Positions 48,019-58,509 of a DNA stretch of 64,000 bases are shown here, piece by piece. Below the pieces are notes generated by a model. That model was given only the letters and a program-made list of their open reading frames with translations, was not told the DNA's origin and made no database searches. This stretch comes from an uncultured Oscillospiraceae bacterium. GTDB lineage: Bacteria; Bacillota; Clostridia; UMGS1883. The stretch lies in assembly GCA_964385605.1 (NCBI GenBank), contig CAYLPQ010000001.1, positions 77,896 to 141,895 on the forward strand. Direction: 5' to 3'. Positions within the stretch are counted from its first letter, which is position 1, and every line of letters starts with the position of its first letter. The translations under genes were made by a program, and so were the position numbers.

Positions 48019-51000
48019 TTAATACTGTGAAATATTAAATCCGCGGCCTATTCCGTCAGCCACTTTTGCACCATTTTTGTTATACCAGAAATAGAGAACA
48101 ACTGTGCCGCCTTCGTTTGTAATTGTTCCTATGTCAGTTGTTCCGTCGCCATCCATATCGCAAGTAAATTTCTGCTGACCCGTCTGATATGATTTCATAC
48201 TGGTTGAGTCATAACCTCTTACGGGTGCAAGGGGTTTTACTCTAACTTTAAATTCACCGTCAACCAGAACATTATCTGTAGGCATAAAAATGTAATCAGT
48301 GCTACCCTCACCTGTCCAGTTAATGATATTAAACTGTCTGTTACGGATATAACTGTTTGCGACATTGAGGACTTCTCCGTCAAGTGATAAGTACATAAGC
48401 TGTGATGCCGGCTGTCCCATAGCATTGTCACCGGTAATAATCTGGAATGGATTATCGTCAATACCGAGATTTGCTTTTTCCACAGTTTCATAATGCACTG
48501 CATCATCAAGTGCCCATACTCTGTCACCGTTACCGTCAATCATAATTATGTTACTTCCGCCGCCACAGGGAGACATACAGAAGCGCTGGTCTTCTTTGGG
48601 AATACCCTTATTCGGGAAAGCCTTCAATGTTCCCTCTAGTTTTTCAGTAAGAAGTGCCTTATCTTCAGCATCTATTTTGCCGTCGCCCGTTGTATCTCCG
48701 GCAGTAAACTGATTTCCTGTAAGGGTTACCTCTCCGCTAATATGCTTGTTAAGCAAATCAAGGTCTTTATCATTAATAATTAAATCACCCGTTGTGTCAC
48801 CTGTAAGAACAAAATTAACCACTTCAAGTGAATCCTTATGTCCGCGGCTTATATAACCGGGATAGTCATCCTCTTTCATTGACCAGAGTACACTTCCGTC
48901 ATCATCTATGCAAGCATATCCTACGATAACTTCATCGTGACCGTCATTATCAATATCTATAGGCTGTGGATAATGACCAACCTTTAATCCTTCCGGCATA
49001 CAGGTGTACCAGATAGGCTTCCAGTCTTTGGTATATGCCCATACTTCTGTATAACGGGTTTTTACCATAATATCACTGGGATAGCCGTTGCCCGAAATAT
49101 CAGCAAAGATTATGGTATCACTTGCCCAACTTCCTGCTGTATATTCAGACATTGGCATTTTATAACGATTTTTCACTTCACCGGTAGCAGCATTGAATAT
49201 GTAAAGATATTCGCTTGTAGCTGCAACAACCTCAAGCTGACCGTCATTTTCCAGGTCGTGCACCTGACAAGGCAAGTCACTACCAAGAGCTTTTGAACCT
49301 TTAGCAGGGTCTCCCCATTTCCAGAGGATGGTACCGTCTGCTTCCTGTACAGCTATACTTGCACAATCGTGATTTCCCGAGAAAAGGGGATCATCGTAAA
49401 TACGTGCAGAAATGTACTCAAGCTCACCGTCGTTATCAACATCGTTTACACAAACCCATCGGCTCTGATAATCCGGATCAAGCTCAACACGCAAATCCGG
49501 TTCTACATATTCAATATTCTCCGGCGCACCTCCGGGGGCAAACACCTGAAACTCTGAAAGAGCTGCTGTTCCCTGCAATTCAGTCACGGTAAATCGTACA
49601 CTTGTTACAGTCTTTGCATCAAAAGTAACATCACTGGGATAACCAGTATTTCGTATATCTTTCACTTGTATTTCTGAACCGTCGCTGAAAGTAAGAACTC
49701 CAGCTTTTATCCAGTTATCATATTTCGCTGAATCGTGAAGAATAATACGGTTTATTGTCTGCGGTTCATTCCATGAAAGCTCAACCCACTTTTCCGCTTC
49801 ATCACCGCTGTGCCATTCACCGATACCACCGAATTCTGCAATTATATTATCATTAATTCCCTGTTTGTCATATTCTGCAGACTTTTCGCCGGATACATTG
49901 ACATCTGCATAGAAAGCGAGATTATCTACGGGAGTACGGCGCTTGAGAATAACTCGAAATTCAGAAAGCTGTGCATAGGTAGTATTTCCCATTGCATCGA
50001 TTGCATCGTAAATAGTTATTCTGACATTTGTTGAACGTGCAGGAGCAAAGCTCAAAATCTGCTCGCCACTATAGAACTTGTCGGTTCTATCCTGTACAGT
50101 TTCGTAAACTGTACCACCGCTTCTGTCCACATCTACTGTATATTTAAGAGAAACTCCGTCAGGAATCTTAAGGTATGCACCCTCAACCTCGCTTTCACGC
50201 ACAAGGTCTATATTACAGAACTGCGTAAAGGTGTAAAGCGAAGGAGCATCATAGTAGTCTACATCGATTTTACCGCCGGTAGCCTTTCCTATCGACCATC
50301 CGGTGGGTTTTGTTGTGCCGGCTTCATACTCTTCAAAATTCTGCTGTGTTACAACTTCTTCAAAGCTTTGAAGAGGAGAAGAATACGAAACCTTGATATT
50401 ATCTAGGTAAAAACCGCCTGTAGTACGCGTACTCATGTGATAGCGAAGCTGTCTGACATCATCACAACGTTCTCTGAAAGATGCCTCCGCCAGACAAAGC
50501 TTACCATCTACGTATGTATCATAAGTCTGTGAATCTGTGTTTATTACAATTTTAATATTGTACCATGTATCTGCAGAAACGTCTCTGTAAACGGTTCCTC
50601 CACCGCCGGCAAGTTTAAACACACCGCCTGACTGAATAAGTGAAACTGCCGTATTGCCGTTTGAGCTGTAAATATACGGAAGTGCTTTCTCATCTGAAAC
50701 ATCTGTTACAAGCACGTCCTGTTCAACAACTACAATACCTTTACACGGTTCAAAATTATACTGCATAGCAAGAGTAGTGTTTCCTATTTCAGGCTTCAAA
50801 AGACGAAGACTCTTTCCGTTATCTACAGGAGTAAGCGGAGGTGCAGCCTGCCACTTTGTAGAATCCTCTCCGTCTACTAAATTACTCGCCGGAAACTCCT
50901 CTGTCTCGGTAGAGAATGTAACCTTGCTGCCAGTATAAATTCCCGGAACATATTCCTCATCTGGAGCTTTATAGTTATCAAGATAAGGGACACGCGAACT

Positions 51001-51714
51001 ATAATATACTTCACGCGGATCACTTTCCACAGAAGATCCGCCGGTACTTATTGATGCACCGCTGCCTGTATTTGATATTTTTATCCCGGTAAGTATCTCC
51101 CCTGAATTTATAAGCATACTGTCAAGGAGAAGTTTTGCATTTTTTCCCGTTACACTATACTGAACACTGTTTGCAGAGCTTTTCGTGCTGTAATTCAGTG
51201 TTCCTCCGATTTTAATACCATTAAGCATAACTTCGTAGCTTGCAGCCTGCAGATTTGCATTTATCTCTACATTATACCAGGTTCTTTCCACATAACCCGA
51301 AAGCTTCACCCAGCCGTTGTTGCTCATAGCTTTAATCTGTCTGTTACTGAATGTGACTGTAAACAAAGTTTTTCCGTCGGACATAACACGTATCTGTGCT
51401 TCTTTTCCGTCGTAAAAACAAATTTTTTGTCTTAAAACCAACACACTGTCTGTAGAGCTATCAAAATTAACACGCGCAACTGCCATATCTCCTGTATCAT
51501 TAGTAAGGCTAATGCCCTTACTGTCAGCTCCGTTTGCCATTTTTACCGTGCTTCCGTAAAATGTTTCGAATTTTTCCAATTGACTTTCCGATTGTGAATC
51601 AAAATTCAATTCCATATAAAGTGGCTCTTTATCCTCCGCCTGTACAGGAATAATTCCAATACAGAGCATAAGAATCATTGCCAGTATTTTTTTCATTGCG
51701 CATCCTCCTTTCAA
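48019..51714 (-). CDS. secreted multi-domain protein (1231 aa): LamG-like N-terminus, F5/8-type-C/CBM32-like domain, FG-GAP/beta-propeller region (PL11 rhamnogalacturonan-lyase-like), dockerin-like Ca-binding pair
   Basis: A signal peptide (MKKILAMILMLCIGIIPVQA) follows MKGGCA. FG-GAP-like repeats are DVDNDGELE, DLENDGQLE and DIDNDGHDE. The dockerin-like pair is GDTTGDLIINDKDLDLLNKHISG...AGDTTGDGKIDAEDKALLTEKLEG, coded around 48625..48810. Confidence 0.55.
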   Translation of the reverse strand: MKGGCAMKKILAMILMLCIGIIPVQAEDKEPLYMELNFDSQSESQLEKFETFYGSTVKMANGADSKGISLTNDTGDMAVARVNFDSSTDSVLVLRQKICFYDGKEAQIRVMSDGKTLFTVTFSNRQIKAMSNNGWVKLSGYVERTWYNVEINANLQAASYEVMLNGIKIGGTLNYSTKSSANSVQYSVTGKNAKLLLDSMLINSGEILTGIKISNTGSGASISTGGSSVESDPREVYYSSRVPYLDNYKAPDEEYVPGIYTGSKVTFSTETEEFPASNLVDGEDSTKWQAAPPLTPVDNGKSLRLLKPEIGNTTLAMQYNFEPCKGIVVVEQDVLVTDVSDEKALPYIYSSNGNTAVSLIQSGGVFKLAGGGGTVYRDVSADTWYNIKIVINTDSQTYDTYVDGKLCLAEASFRERCDDVRQLRYHMSTRTTGGFYLDNIKVSYSSPLQSFEEVVTQQNFEEYEAGTTKPTGWSIGKATGGKIDVDYYDAPSLYTFTQFCNIDLVRESEVEGAYLKIPDGVSLKYTVDVDRSGGTVYETVQDRTDKFYSGEQILSFAPARSTNVRITIYDAIDAMGNTTYAQLSEFRVILKRRTPVDNLAFYADVNVSGEKSAEYDKQGINDNIIAEFGGIGEWHSGDEAEKWVELSWNEPQTINRIILHDSAKYDNWIKAGVLTFSDGSEIQVKDIRNTGYPSDVTFDAKTVTSVRFTVTELQGTAALSEFQVFAPGGAPENIEYVEPDLRVELDPDYQSRWVCVNDVDNDGELEYISARIYDDPLFSGNHDCASIAVQEADGTILWKWGDPAKGSKALGSDLPCQVHDLENDGQLEVVAATSEYLYIFNAATGEVKNRYKMPMSEYTAGSWASDTIIFADISGNGYPSDIMVKTRYTEVWAYTKDWKPIWYTCMPEGLKVGHYPQPIDIDNDGHDEVIVGYACIDDDGSVLWSMKEDDYPGYISRGHKDSLEVVNFVLTGDTTGDLIINDKDLDLLNKHISGEVTLTGNQFTAGDTTGDGKIDAEDKALLTEKLEGTLKAFPNKGIPKEDQRFCMSPCGGGSNIIMIDGNGDRVWALDDAVHYETVEKANLGIDDNPFQIITGDNAMGQPASQLMYLSLDGEVLNVANSYIRNRQFNIINWTGEGSTDYIFMPTDNVLVDGEFKVRVKPLAPVRGYDSTSMKSYQTGQQKFTCDMDGDGTTDIGTITNEGGTVVLYFWYNKNGAKVADGIGRGFNISQY

Positions 51715-54390
51715 TTACTCTTCTATAACAAATATTTCACGAATATAGTGATAGCGATAGTTAAGAACCATAAGTGTACCATCGGGCAGGCTTTGCGGGC
51801 TTCCGGTGGATGGAATCAAAATAGATTCATCTGCCGATTCAAATTTTCTTGTTTCGTCTGAATATTTATAAACGATACTACCATTCAGATATGCCGCCCA
51901 CGGACGTTCTTGCCCTACATATACACTTACTGCAGAGCCGTTCTTTCGCCACAATCTACCAGTCTGGCTCCAGATTGTGGGGAATCTTCCGCTTCCTTTT
52001 ATTACTGTTCGTTCAGTTAATGTCAAACCTTTACTTGGTGAATATATTACATAATCAGAATGGATTTTCAGTTCACCTTTAAGAGTCTTCTGGCACTGAA
52101 CAATACTTCCCGGTTCAGGAACCGAACCATCAAGCGAAGTATAAACAAATTCTTCTTCAACACCGCGAAGAAAACCTTTTACCATAGGCTGAAATTCTCC
52201 ATCCTTGTCCTTGCCCATATAAACACTGTTAATTGCAAGGAAATATGAGTCAAGCACTTCTACATCACTGTCTGCAGAGGCATCGGGCATATACAGAAGA
52301 ACGGATGCAGTATATGTATCATCGCAATCAAACACCTGCATATTGGCATAATCGTCATTATTCTCAAATATAGAAGCATCAACTATCTGCATATCATCTT
52401 CTACAACTTCGCCGTTATTACATGGAAGGTAGAAAACCTTTGTTGTTCCGGAAAGATGGAACACATGATTATATGAAGATTCATGAACAAAGCTTGATGT
52501 TGAGTTCTGGAAATTATAGGTTTCTGATGTGGTTATCGCATCGAAATCCATAGAAAATTTATCAAGATTATATCCTAATGCTGTAGCATTTGTATATTTA
52601 TCTATAGCAGTAACAACACCTTCATCATTAACACTGTAGCATATCATCTGCGGAATGAAATAACCTGCTTCATCATAAAACAGGTTCATTACATCTGCAG
52701 TTTTATAAGTTTTTAATTCATATACATCAGAAGAAAATTTAATCTTATCTGCAATGTCAAATATCTGAACTTTTCCTTTATGGTCAAACAGCTTTATCTC
52801 ATATTGTTTGGAAAGTGTTCCCTTTGTTGCAGCATCTATAGCATATGCATATGCGTTTTCTTCACTGCTCACTTTATATACTGCAGCAATTTCTCCTATA
52901 ACGTCAAAATAAAATTCTGATCTTAACCCTGATTTCATTGGTGTAAAACCTGTGTTTTCAGGAAGGCTCATATATTGCTCTGAAACGGCATATTCATAGC
53001 CGTTAATCAGCACATAGGTGTTATCATCTTCAACAATTGCTTCCACTGTACCGCCAACACCGCTACGGGTTGGTATAATCGTTACAAGGGAACCGTCCTT
53101 TGAACGTGCTACACTGAGAACATCCCAGTTAGAGAGCTTAAGAAGCTGTTCCCAGCCACCCCATATGCCGTCATTACCGAGAACTCTATATGTAACGTTG
53201 TTGTTCTTATCCCTGCGAAGTGTTTTTTTATAGTGACAATTTATGACATCTTCTGCAACACTTTCGCAAACGTAGTTTTCATAATTCCAAATAAAACAAA
53301 CGTCATAAACATCATCATCGTTATGGTCTATAAGCTTTACATAACCGGTAGGAAAATCAAGGTCATCAATATCAAAGTCGAGATCGTAAACATCGTTATA
53401 CATAAAACGATGTTCTTTTGAAAGATCTGCTGTTTGTGTTTTCCCTGTCTGAGTTTTATAACAGAACTTTCTCAATGAAAATTCCGGAGAATCAGTATTT
53501 AAGTCACCTATTTTTATCATAAGTTCATTATTATCTGATGTAGGAAATGCGTATAACAGCTTTTCAGCATCTGCATTCCCATCGGTAGCATAAGCTTCAA
53601 CCATATAACCAAGAAGCGAAGGAACATATGTATCGGAATAGTTCAAAACAGTGCTTCCGATTTTAACACTTCCCTCGGCAGTATCTTTGTTTCGTGAAAG
53701 CATACTTCTGCCATCTACACTGTTTACAACAGCTTCAAATTTACGGATTCCCATATATTTACCGAGAATAGTGCTACGGGTTTTTGTGTTGTAACCAGCC
53801 TTATTAGTCACAGAAGTAAGTTCAACAAGCTCTACATCAAGGCAATTGTATACCATCTGGGCAAGCTCGGCTCTGCTTACAAAATTACCCTGATTATAAT
53901 TTACATTTTCCAAAATATCGAGCTTACTTGCGCATATAGCATAGCCCAAGGGGTATCCACCGTTTTTCTCTGCCTGAACTTCATATCCGAGAATATATAA
54001 CAAGCATTTCACTGCCTGCTCATATGTCACATAGGTATTGGGCATAAAATTACCGTTTTCGTCACCAACCATAATTTTTTGAGAATGTACTGTTGCAATC
54101 TGATGATAATACACGTGACCTTCATTAACATCTGCAAATTCAGGCTTTTGTGCAGTCTGCATATCGTGCATATTCATAAGCTTACAAATAATTGAAGCAA
54201 ATTCTCCTCTTGTAATTTGAGATGCATCAGAATCGTTGTTTGAAAATGCATCCATTATTCCCAAAGCTTTTACAACCTGCAAATGGTCTGTATTGACAGA
54301 TAGCTGTACAATGCTTTCTGCGGATGCCGGAGTCGCAGATATAAGCAGCAATATACACAAAACAATTGCTAAAACTTTACGCATATTCAA
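51715..54390 (-). CDS. cell-surface protein with N-terminal SLH domains and a large beta-rich C-terminal region (891 aa)
   Basis: The signal peptide is MNMRKVLAIVLCILLLISATPASA. The SLH-like repeats are ITRGEFASIICKLMN..., FADVNEGHVYYHQIATVHSQKIMVGDENGNFMPNTYVTYEQAVKCLLYILGY and YAICASKLDILENVNYNQGNFVSRAELAQMVYNCL. Confidence 0.6.
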   Translation of the reverse strand: MNMRKVLAIVLCILLLISATPASAESIVQLSVNTDHLQVVKALGIMDAFSNNDSDASQITRGEFASIICKLMNMHDMQTAQKPEFADVNEGHVYYHQIATVHSQKIMVGDENGNFMPNTYVTYEQAVKCLLYILGYEVQAEKNGGYPLGYAICASKLDILENVNYNQGNFVSRAELAQMVYNCLDVELVELTSVTNKAGYNTKTRSTILGKYMGIRKFEAVVNSVDGRSMLSRNKDTAEGSVKIGSTVLNYSDTYVPSLLGYMVEAYATDGNADAEKLLYAFPTSDNNELMIKIGDLNTDSPEFSLRKFCYKTQTGKTQTADLSKEHRFMYNDVYDLDFDIDDLDFPTGYVKLIDHNDDDVYDVCFIWNYENYVCESVAEDVINCHYKKTLRRDKNNNVTYRVLGNDGIWGGWEQLLKLSNWDVLSVARSKDGSLVTIIPTRSGVGGTVEAIVEDDNTYVLINGYEYAVSEQYMSLPENTGFTPMKSGLRSEFYFDVIGEIAAVYKVSSEENAYAYAIDAATKGTLSKQYEIKLFDHKGKVQIFDIADKIKFSSDVYELKTYKTADVMNLFYDEAGYFIPQMICYSVNDEGVVTAIDKYTNATALGYNLDKFSMDFDAITTSETYNFQNSTSSFVHESSYNHVFHLSGTTKVFYLPCNNGEVVEDDMQIVDASIFENNDDYANMQVFDCDDTYTASVLLYMPDASADSDVEVLDSYFLAINSVYMGKDKDGEFQPMVKGFLRGVEEEFVYTSLDGSVPEPGSIVQCQKTLKGELKIHSDYVIYSPSKGLTLTERTVIKGSGRFPTIWSQTGRLWRKNGSAVSVYVGQERPWAAYLNGSIVYKYSDETRKFESADESILIPSTGSPQSLPDGTLMVLNYRYHYIREIFVIEE

Positions 54391-54397
54391 ACCTCCT

Positions 54398-56875
54398 TTA
54401 TTTCTGTGCTAATTCACCAAATAATCCGTAAAGCAGTTTTGCAGCTTCCGCTCTGCTTGTATGATTCTTTGGACGGATTGTATTATCTTCATATCCTGAA
54501 AGTATTCCCCTGGAACCGAGGCAGTTAATGGCATCCTTTGCATAATCTGAAACATCGCTGTAATCTGCAAATGATGCTACTTCAACAGCGCCCTCTGTTT
54601 CAAGCGCGCGGTAAATAATAACTGCAAGCTGTTCTCTGGTAATATAATCGTATGGCATGAATTTTCCATCTGTTCCCTGTATGATTCCATAGGACGCCGC
54701 TTTTTTTACTTCGTCGTTGAACCAATCATTATCTTTTACATCAACAAAAGCTATGGCATTTTCATTTTCCTGTTCAGGAAGCATACGACCAAGCATTACA
54801 ACGAACTCGGCACGGGTAAGTGTTCCCTCCGGACGGAAGGTATTATCCTCAAATCCTGTAATAATACCAGCTTCACAAAGTGCAGAAATTGCTTCCTCTG
54901 CCCAGTGTCCGCTTATATCTGTAAGATTATTTGTTATCTGTGTTTCCGGAGTCTGAACAACCGGTTCAATTTCGGGAGCAAGTTCCTGATTATCTTCTTT
55001 TTTATAAGCAGAGCCACCACCGCCGCCTCCGCCGGATGAGCCGCCACCGCCTGATGAACCACTTCCTGATGTAAAGTCATCCTCTTCAAGTTCAGGAGGA
55101 GTCTGGGGGTTCTCCGGAAGGTTTAAAACAGCAGTATTCCAATCTGCACGTATATCTTCAACTTTCGTATAGGATTTATTATACAGTGCCGGATACAATG
55201 AATCTGCATTTTCAGCAGTAACTGATGTAAGGTCCAGACCAAATACATCATCGTTAAACTTTTCTACAATTTCCTCAATACCGCTTCTTTCAGCCGCATT
55301 AATACTTGTCATAGCCATAGAATAGCGAAGTGCACCCTGAATTTTTTCATCTGAAATAAGAAGATTTTCGTTGTCAGTCCGTTTTGTTTCGAAATGAGAG
55401 AAGAACTCTTCTTTATTTTCATTAAACACGGCATTCTCTGCGTATTCAGTAATGTAACCGCCCTTTTCCAAAACTGCAAATACCTCTTCTGATGTTTGCG
55501 CATTCTTAAGCTCAAGATAACTCTTTGCTTTCAGAAAATCTGACTGTACCTCCGGAATTGAAGTGTAATCCACACTGCTGTTTTTGAAATATGCAGTTAT
55601 AAAAGCAAGATTATCAAGAGCTTTTTGTGTGAGTACATCATTTTCTTCAGGAAGAAGCAAACCAATTTCTTCTTCAGTCAGGAAACACGGAAGATAATAC
55701 TTAATCAAGTTCTGTGCTTCTTCATCTGCTTCCGGCAAATCTGAAAAGTCACCGGGAAGCGCTTCAAGTTGCTGCGTAGTAGCAACATATATTTTTTGTT
55801 GTTTACCACTACCCTTAATTTCTCCACCGATATAACGTTGTATATCTGCATAATACCAGCCGGGTTCTACATTTACTTCTTCTGAAAATTCAAATGTCGC
55901 TGCAGGATCATCTGTTTTTACGGCAACTGTCTGTGAAAGCTGTGTTATATCAGAATCATCCTCTGCGTTAATGAGAGAAAGGCTGTAACTCTGCTCAAGA
56001 AACACCGAATCCGTACCGTTAGAAACAACAATCCTTGGAGTTGCTTCAGCATAATTCATTGCTGCTTCAAAATTCATAGTAAGTTCAGCAGGATCATATG
56101 AAACAATACTCTTACCTCTGACAACTATATCGTCAAAATAAATTACTTCATCAAGAGGATTTCCTGTATCAAAGCGATACTGATACATTCTTACACTTTC
56201 AACAGCTTTACCTGCAGTATATCCTATTCCGCCTGTACCTATTTCCGTAAAAGTATATGTACCTACAAGTTCATTATTAAGATATACATAGAAGTTTGAC
56301 AGGTCCTTATCGGTTGTTCCGTCAACATCCACTCTGTGCATAATCATTTTTATTTTATTGAAGCTTTCTTCGGTAAAGTTTTCACCGTCATCTTCAGCAT
56401 TTTTTGGAAGATGATAAAGAGCATCTGTTCCGATTACTTCCTCACTTCCTACTTTAACTCTGTATCTGTTCAGGTCTCCGTTGTCACAACTGATTTTTAC
56501 ATTAAGACGTGCATTGCTTGCCCCCTGCATAAGCTGAACATATGCTTCTGCCCTTTCCCCGCCTGTCTCTCTGGGAAGAACTTTGAATTCAAGCTCCACT
56601 ATGTCCTGACTGACAGCGGTGTCAAGAACTATCTTTTCTGTATTATCAACTGCGCCATCCGTTCTATATAACGAGAAAGCTTTGTCTTCTGTATCACTGA
56701 TTTCAACGATAGCATTTTGAGATGATTCAGGAGTATAACTCTCAAAATCCTGATTGAATGTAATTTGTGTTATCTGTGCAGTTTCTGTTATTGCAGTTTC
56801 TTCAGCCATAGTAACCGGTATAACAGTCATTAACATTACAACTGCAAGTATAAATGATATACCTTTCTTTTTCAT
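54398..56875 (-). CDS. cell-surface protein with a Gly/Ser linker and three C-terminal SLH domains (~825 aa)
   Basis: The internal ATG at 56873-56875 (MKKKGISFILAVVMLMTVIPVTMA signal peptide) is preceded by AGGAGG. The linker is SGSGSSGGGGSSGGGGGGGS. The C-terminal SLH repeats are WAEEAISALCEAGIITGFEDNTFRPEGTLTRAEFVVML, WFNDEVKKAASYGIIQGTDGKFMPYDYITREQLAVIIYRAL and AKDAINCLGSRGILSGYEDNTIRPKNHTSRAEAAKLL. Confidence 0.7.
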   Translation of the reverse strand: MKKKGISFILAVVMLMTVIPVTMAEETAITETAQITQITFNQDFESYTPESSQNAIVEISDTEDKAFSLYRTDGAVDNTEKIVLDTAVSQDIVELEFKVLPRETGGERAEAYVQLMQGASNARLNVKISCDNGDLNRYRVKVGSEEVIGTDALYHLPKNAEDDGENFTEESFNKIKMIMHRVDVDGTTDKDLSNFYVYLNNELVGTYTFTEIGTGGIGYTAGKAVESVRMYQYRFDTGNPLDEVIYFDDIVVRGKSIVSYDPAELTMNFEAAMNYAEATPRIVVSNGTDSVFLEQSYSLSLINAEDDSDITQLSQTVAVKTDDPAATFEFSEEVNVEPGWYYADIQRYIGGEIKGSGKQQKIYVATTQQLEALPGDFSDLPEADEEAQNLIKYYLPCFLTEEEIGLLLPEENDVLTQKALDNLAFITAYFKNSSVDYTSIPEVQSDFLKAKSYLELKNAQTSEEVFAVLEKGGYITEYAENAVFNENKEEFFSHFETKRTDNENLLISDEKIQGALRYSMAMTSINAAERSGIEEIVEKFNDDVFGLDLTSVTAENADSLYPALYNKSYTKVEDIRADWNTAVLNLPENPQTPPELEEDDFTSGSGSSGGGGSSGGGGGGGSAYKKEDNQELAPEIEPVVQTPETQITNNLTDISGHWAEEAISALCEAGIITGFEDNTFRPEGTLTRAEFVVMLGRMLPEQENENAIAFVDVKDNDWFNDEVKKAASYGIIQGTDGKFMPYDYITREQLAVIIYRALETEGAVEVASFADYSDVSDYAKDAINCLGSRGILSGYEDNTIRPKNHTSRAEAAKLLYGLFGELAQK

Positions 56876-56909
56876 AAGTGTCCTCCTAATAATATGTTGA
56901 AAATTGCTG

Positions 56910-58397
56910 TTACATCCTTGCAAATTTTGACGGGGATATATTTTCATGCTTCAGGAAAATTCTTCTGAATGTTCTTGAATTTTTAAATCCCGATTTTTCA
57001 GATAACTCCTCTATCGTTATTTCAGGATTGGCGATTATCATTCTTTTTGCTTCGTCAACTCGGACTTTGTTTATATAATCGAGAAGTTTAATATCTGTGT
57101 TTCGTTTGAACATATTTGAAAGATATGCAGGATTTATATAAAACCTTGCAGCAATCGCATTGACGTTCATATCAGCATCAGCATAATTTTCCCGTACATA
57201 TTGTTTTATCTTTTCGCAGAACGGCGAAGCTACACCTTTATTATTTTCTGCAATACACTCACATACTTCTTTCAGATATTCTTTCAGAATATGTTCCATC
57301 TCAATAACGGAATCTGTAAAGAAAATATCATTAAGCTTTTTACTGCAACCAAGGCTTATTCCGTTTTCTTTTTCAGTTTCACCAATAGCTTTCAGAATTG
57401 TTCCTGCTATTTCAAACATAAAGCATCGGATTATGTATATGGGATAGCTTCGCTGATAGAGAATTTCATCAAGTGCATTTCTTATCAGTCCATAGGCACG
57501 GGCAAAATCGCCTTTTTTAATATAGATGATAATACTGATTTCAGTGTCTATTGAGTAGTTATAAACATCATAGTCGCGTTTGGCGATTTTTTCCGCATCA
57601 ATTATACATCCGTCTTTCTGACTTAAAAATGCTGCATCCTTCACTTCACGGTAAACATCAGAAATCTCATCCTTATTTTCTGTAATGCGGCCATATATAA
57701 CATCAGCATCAATATTCAAATCAGATTTTAATGAATTAATAAACTTTCTGGATATTTTTTCAATATCATCTTTTAAGCTATCAGAAGAAGCTTTAAAAAC
57801 TGCTATCATCCATAAAGCACCGCCGGTCTGATTTTCTGCAAAATGAATATTTGCTATTTCTGAAAACAAATCTTTTGCAATCTCTTTGACACCGGTTTTC
57901 TTAATTTCTGAAAAGCTTTCTTTGCTGTAGGCAACAAACAGTATGCTGTACGCACCGTTAAATTGCGGCAGTAAATTGCTAACCTCATCATCCATAGGTT
58001 TTCCTTCCAACAATTCCGTTACAGCCCTTATTCTGAATTGTTGCTCCATGGTTTCTACTTTATGCACAAGCTCATTTCTTTCACACAAAAGGTCCGAGAG
58101 ACAGTTTTCAAGTTTGTCGGTCATTGCTTTTTTCTGTATATGCTCTCTGCCCGATGAAATTTTTAAAATTTCTGAAAGTCTCTTAATCTGTTTATGTTTT
58201 TGTATCAACATCGACAACAACACTGTAAAACCTAATGCCGCTATCAAAAAGATAATCATTTTCACAGCAGCACTTTCAAAACCGAAATAGATACCTGCCA
58301 TACTGCAAAAAGCCAAAACAAGCAAAACAACTATATGGATATATTCATTTTTCCCCGAACTTCTTTTATTCTTTTTCATATTTTTCCCTTTCAACAC
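56910..58397 (-). CDS. membrane-anchored AraC-family transcriptional regulator (495 aa)
   Basis: N-terminal TM helices are IVVLLVLAFCSMAGIYFGF and MIIFLIAALGFTVLLSMLI. The C-terminal HTH_AraC is AARFYINPAYLSNMFKRNTDIKLLDYINKVRVDEAKRMIIANPEITIEELSEKSGFKNSRTFRRIFLK. Its 3' end overlaps the 5' end of the track ORF 54398..56947; this is resolved if that gene starts at 56875. Confidence 0.8.
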   Translation of the reverse strand: MLKGKNMKKNKRSSGKNEYIHIVVLLVLAFCSMAGIYFGFESAAVKMIIFLIAALGFTVLLSMLIQKHKQIKRLSEILKISSGREHIQKKAMTDKLENCLSDLLCERNELVHKVETMEQQFRIRAVTELLEGKPMDDEVSNLLPQFNGAYSILFVAYSKESFSEIKKTGVKEIAKDLFSEIANIHFAENQTGGALWMIAVFKASSDSLKDDIEKISRKFINSLKSDLNIDADVIYGRITENKDEISDVYREVKDAAFLSQKDGCIIDAEKIAKRDYDVYNYSIDTEISIIIYIKKGDFARAYGLIRNALDEILYQRSYPIYIIRCFMFEIAGTILKAIGETEKENGISLGCSKKLNDIFFTDSVIEMEHILKEYLKEVCECIAENNKGVASPFCEKIKQYVRENYADADMNVNAIAARFYINPAYLSNMFKRNTDIKLLDYINKVRVDEAKRMIIANPEITIEELSEKSGFKNSRTFRRIFLKHENISPSKFARM

Positions 58398-58509
58398 TGC
58401 ATAGTATACAATGCTGAAATTATCTCATATAAATATGGTTTTGTATACACGCAAATCTTTGGAAGACAGGACATTTTCTTACAGCATTATACATATAAAT
58501 TTACGGCTA

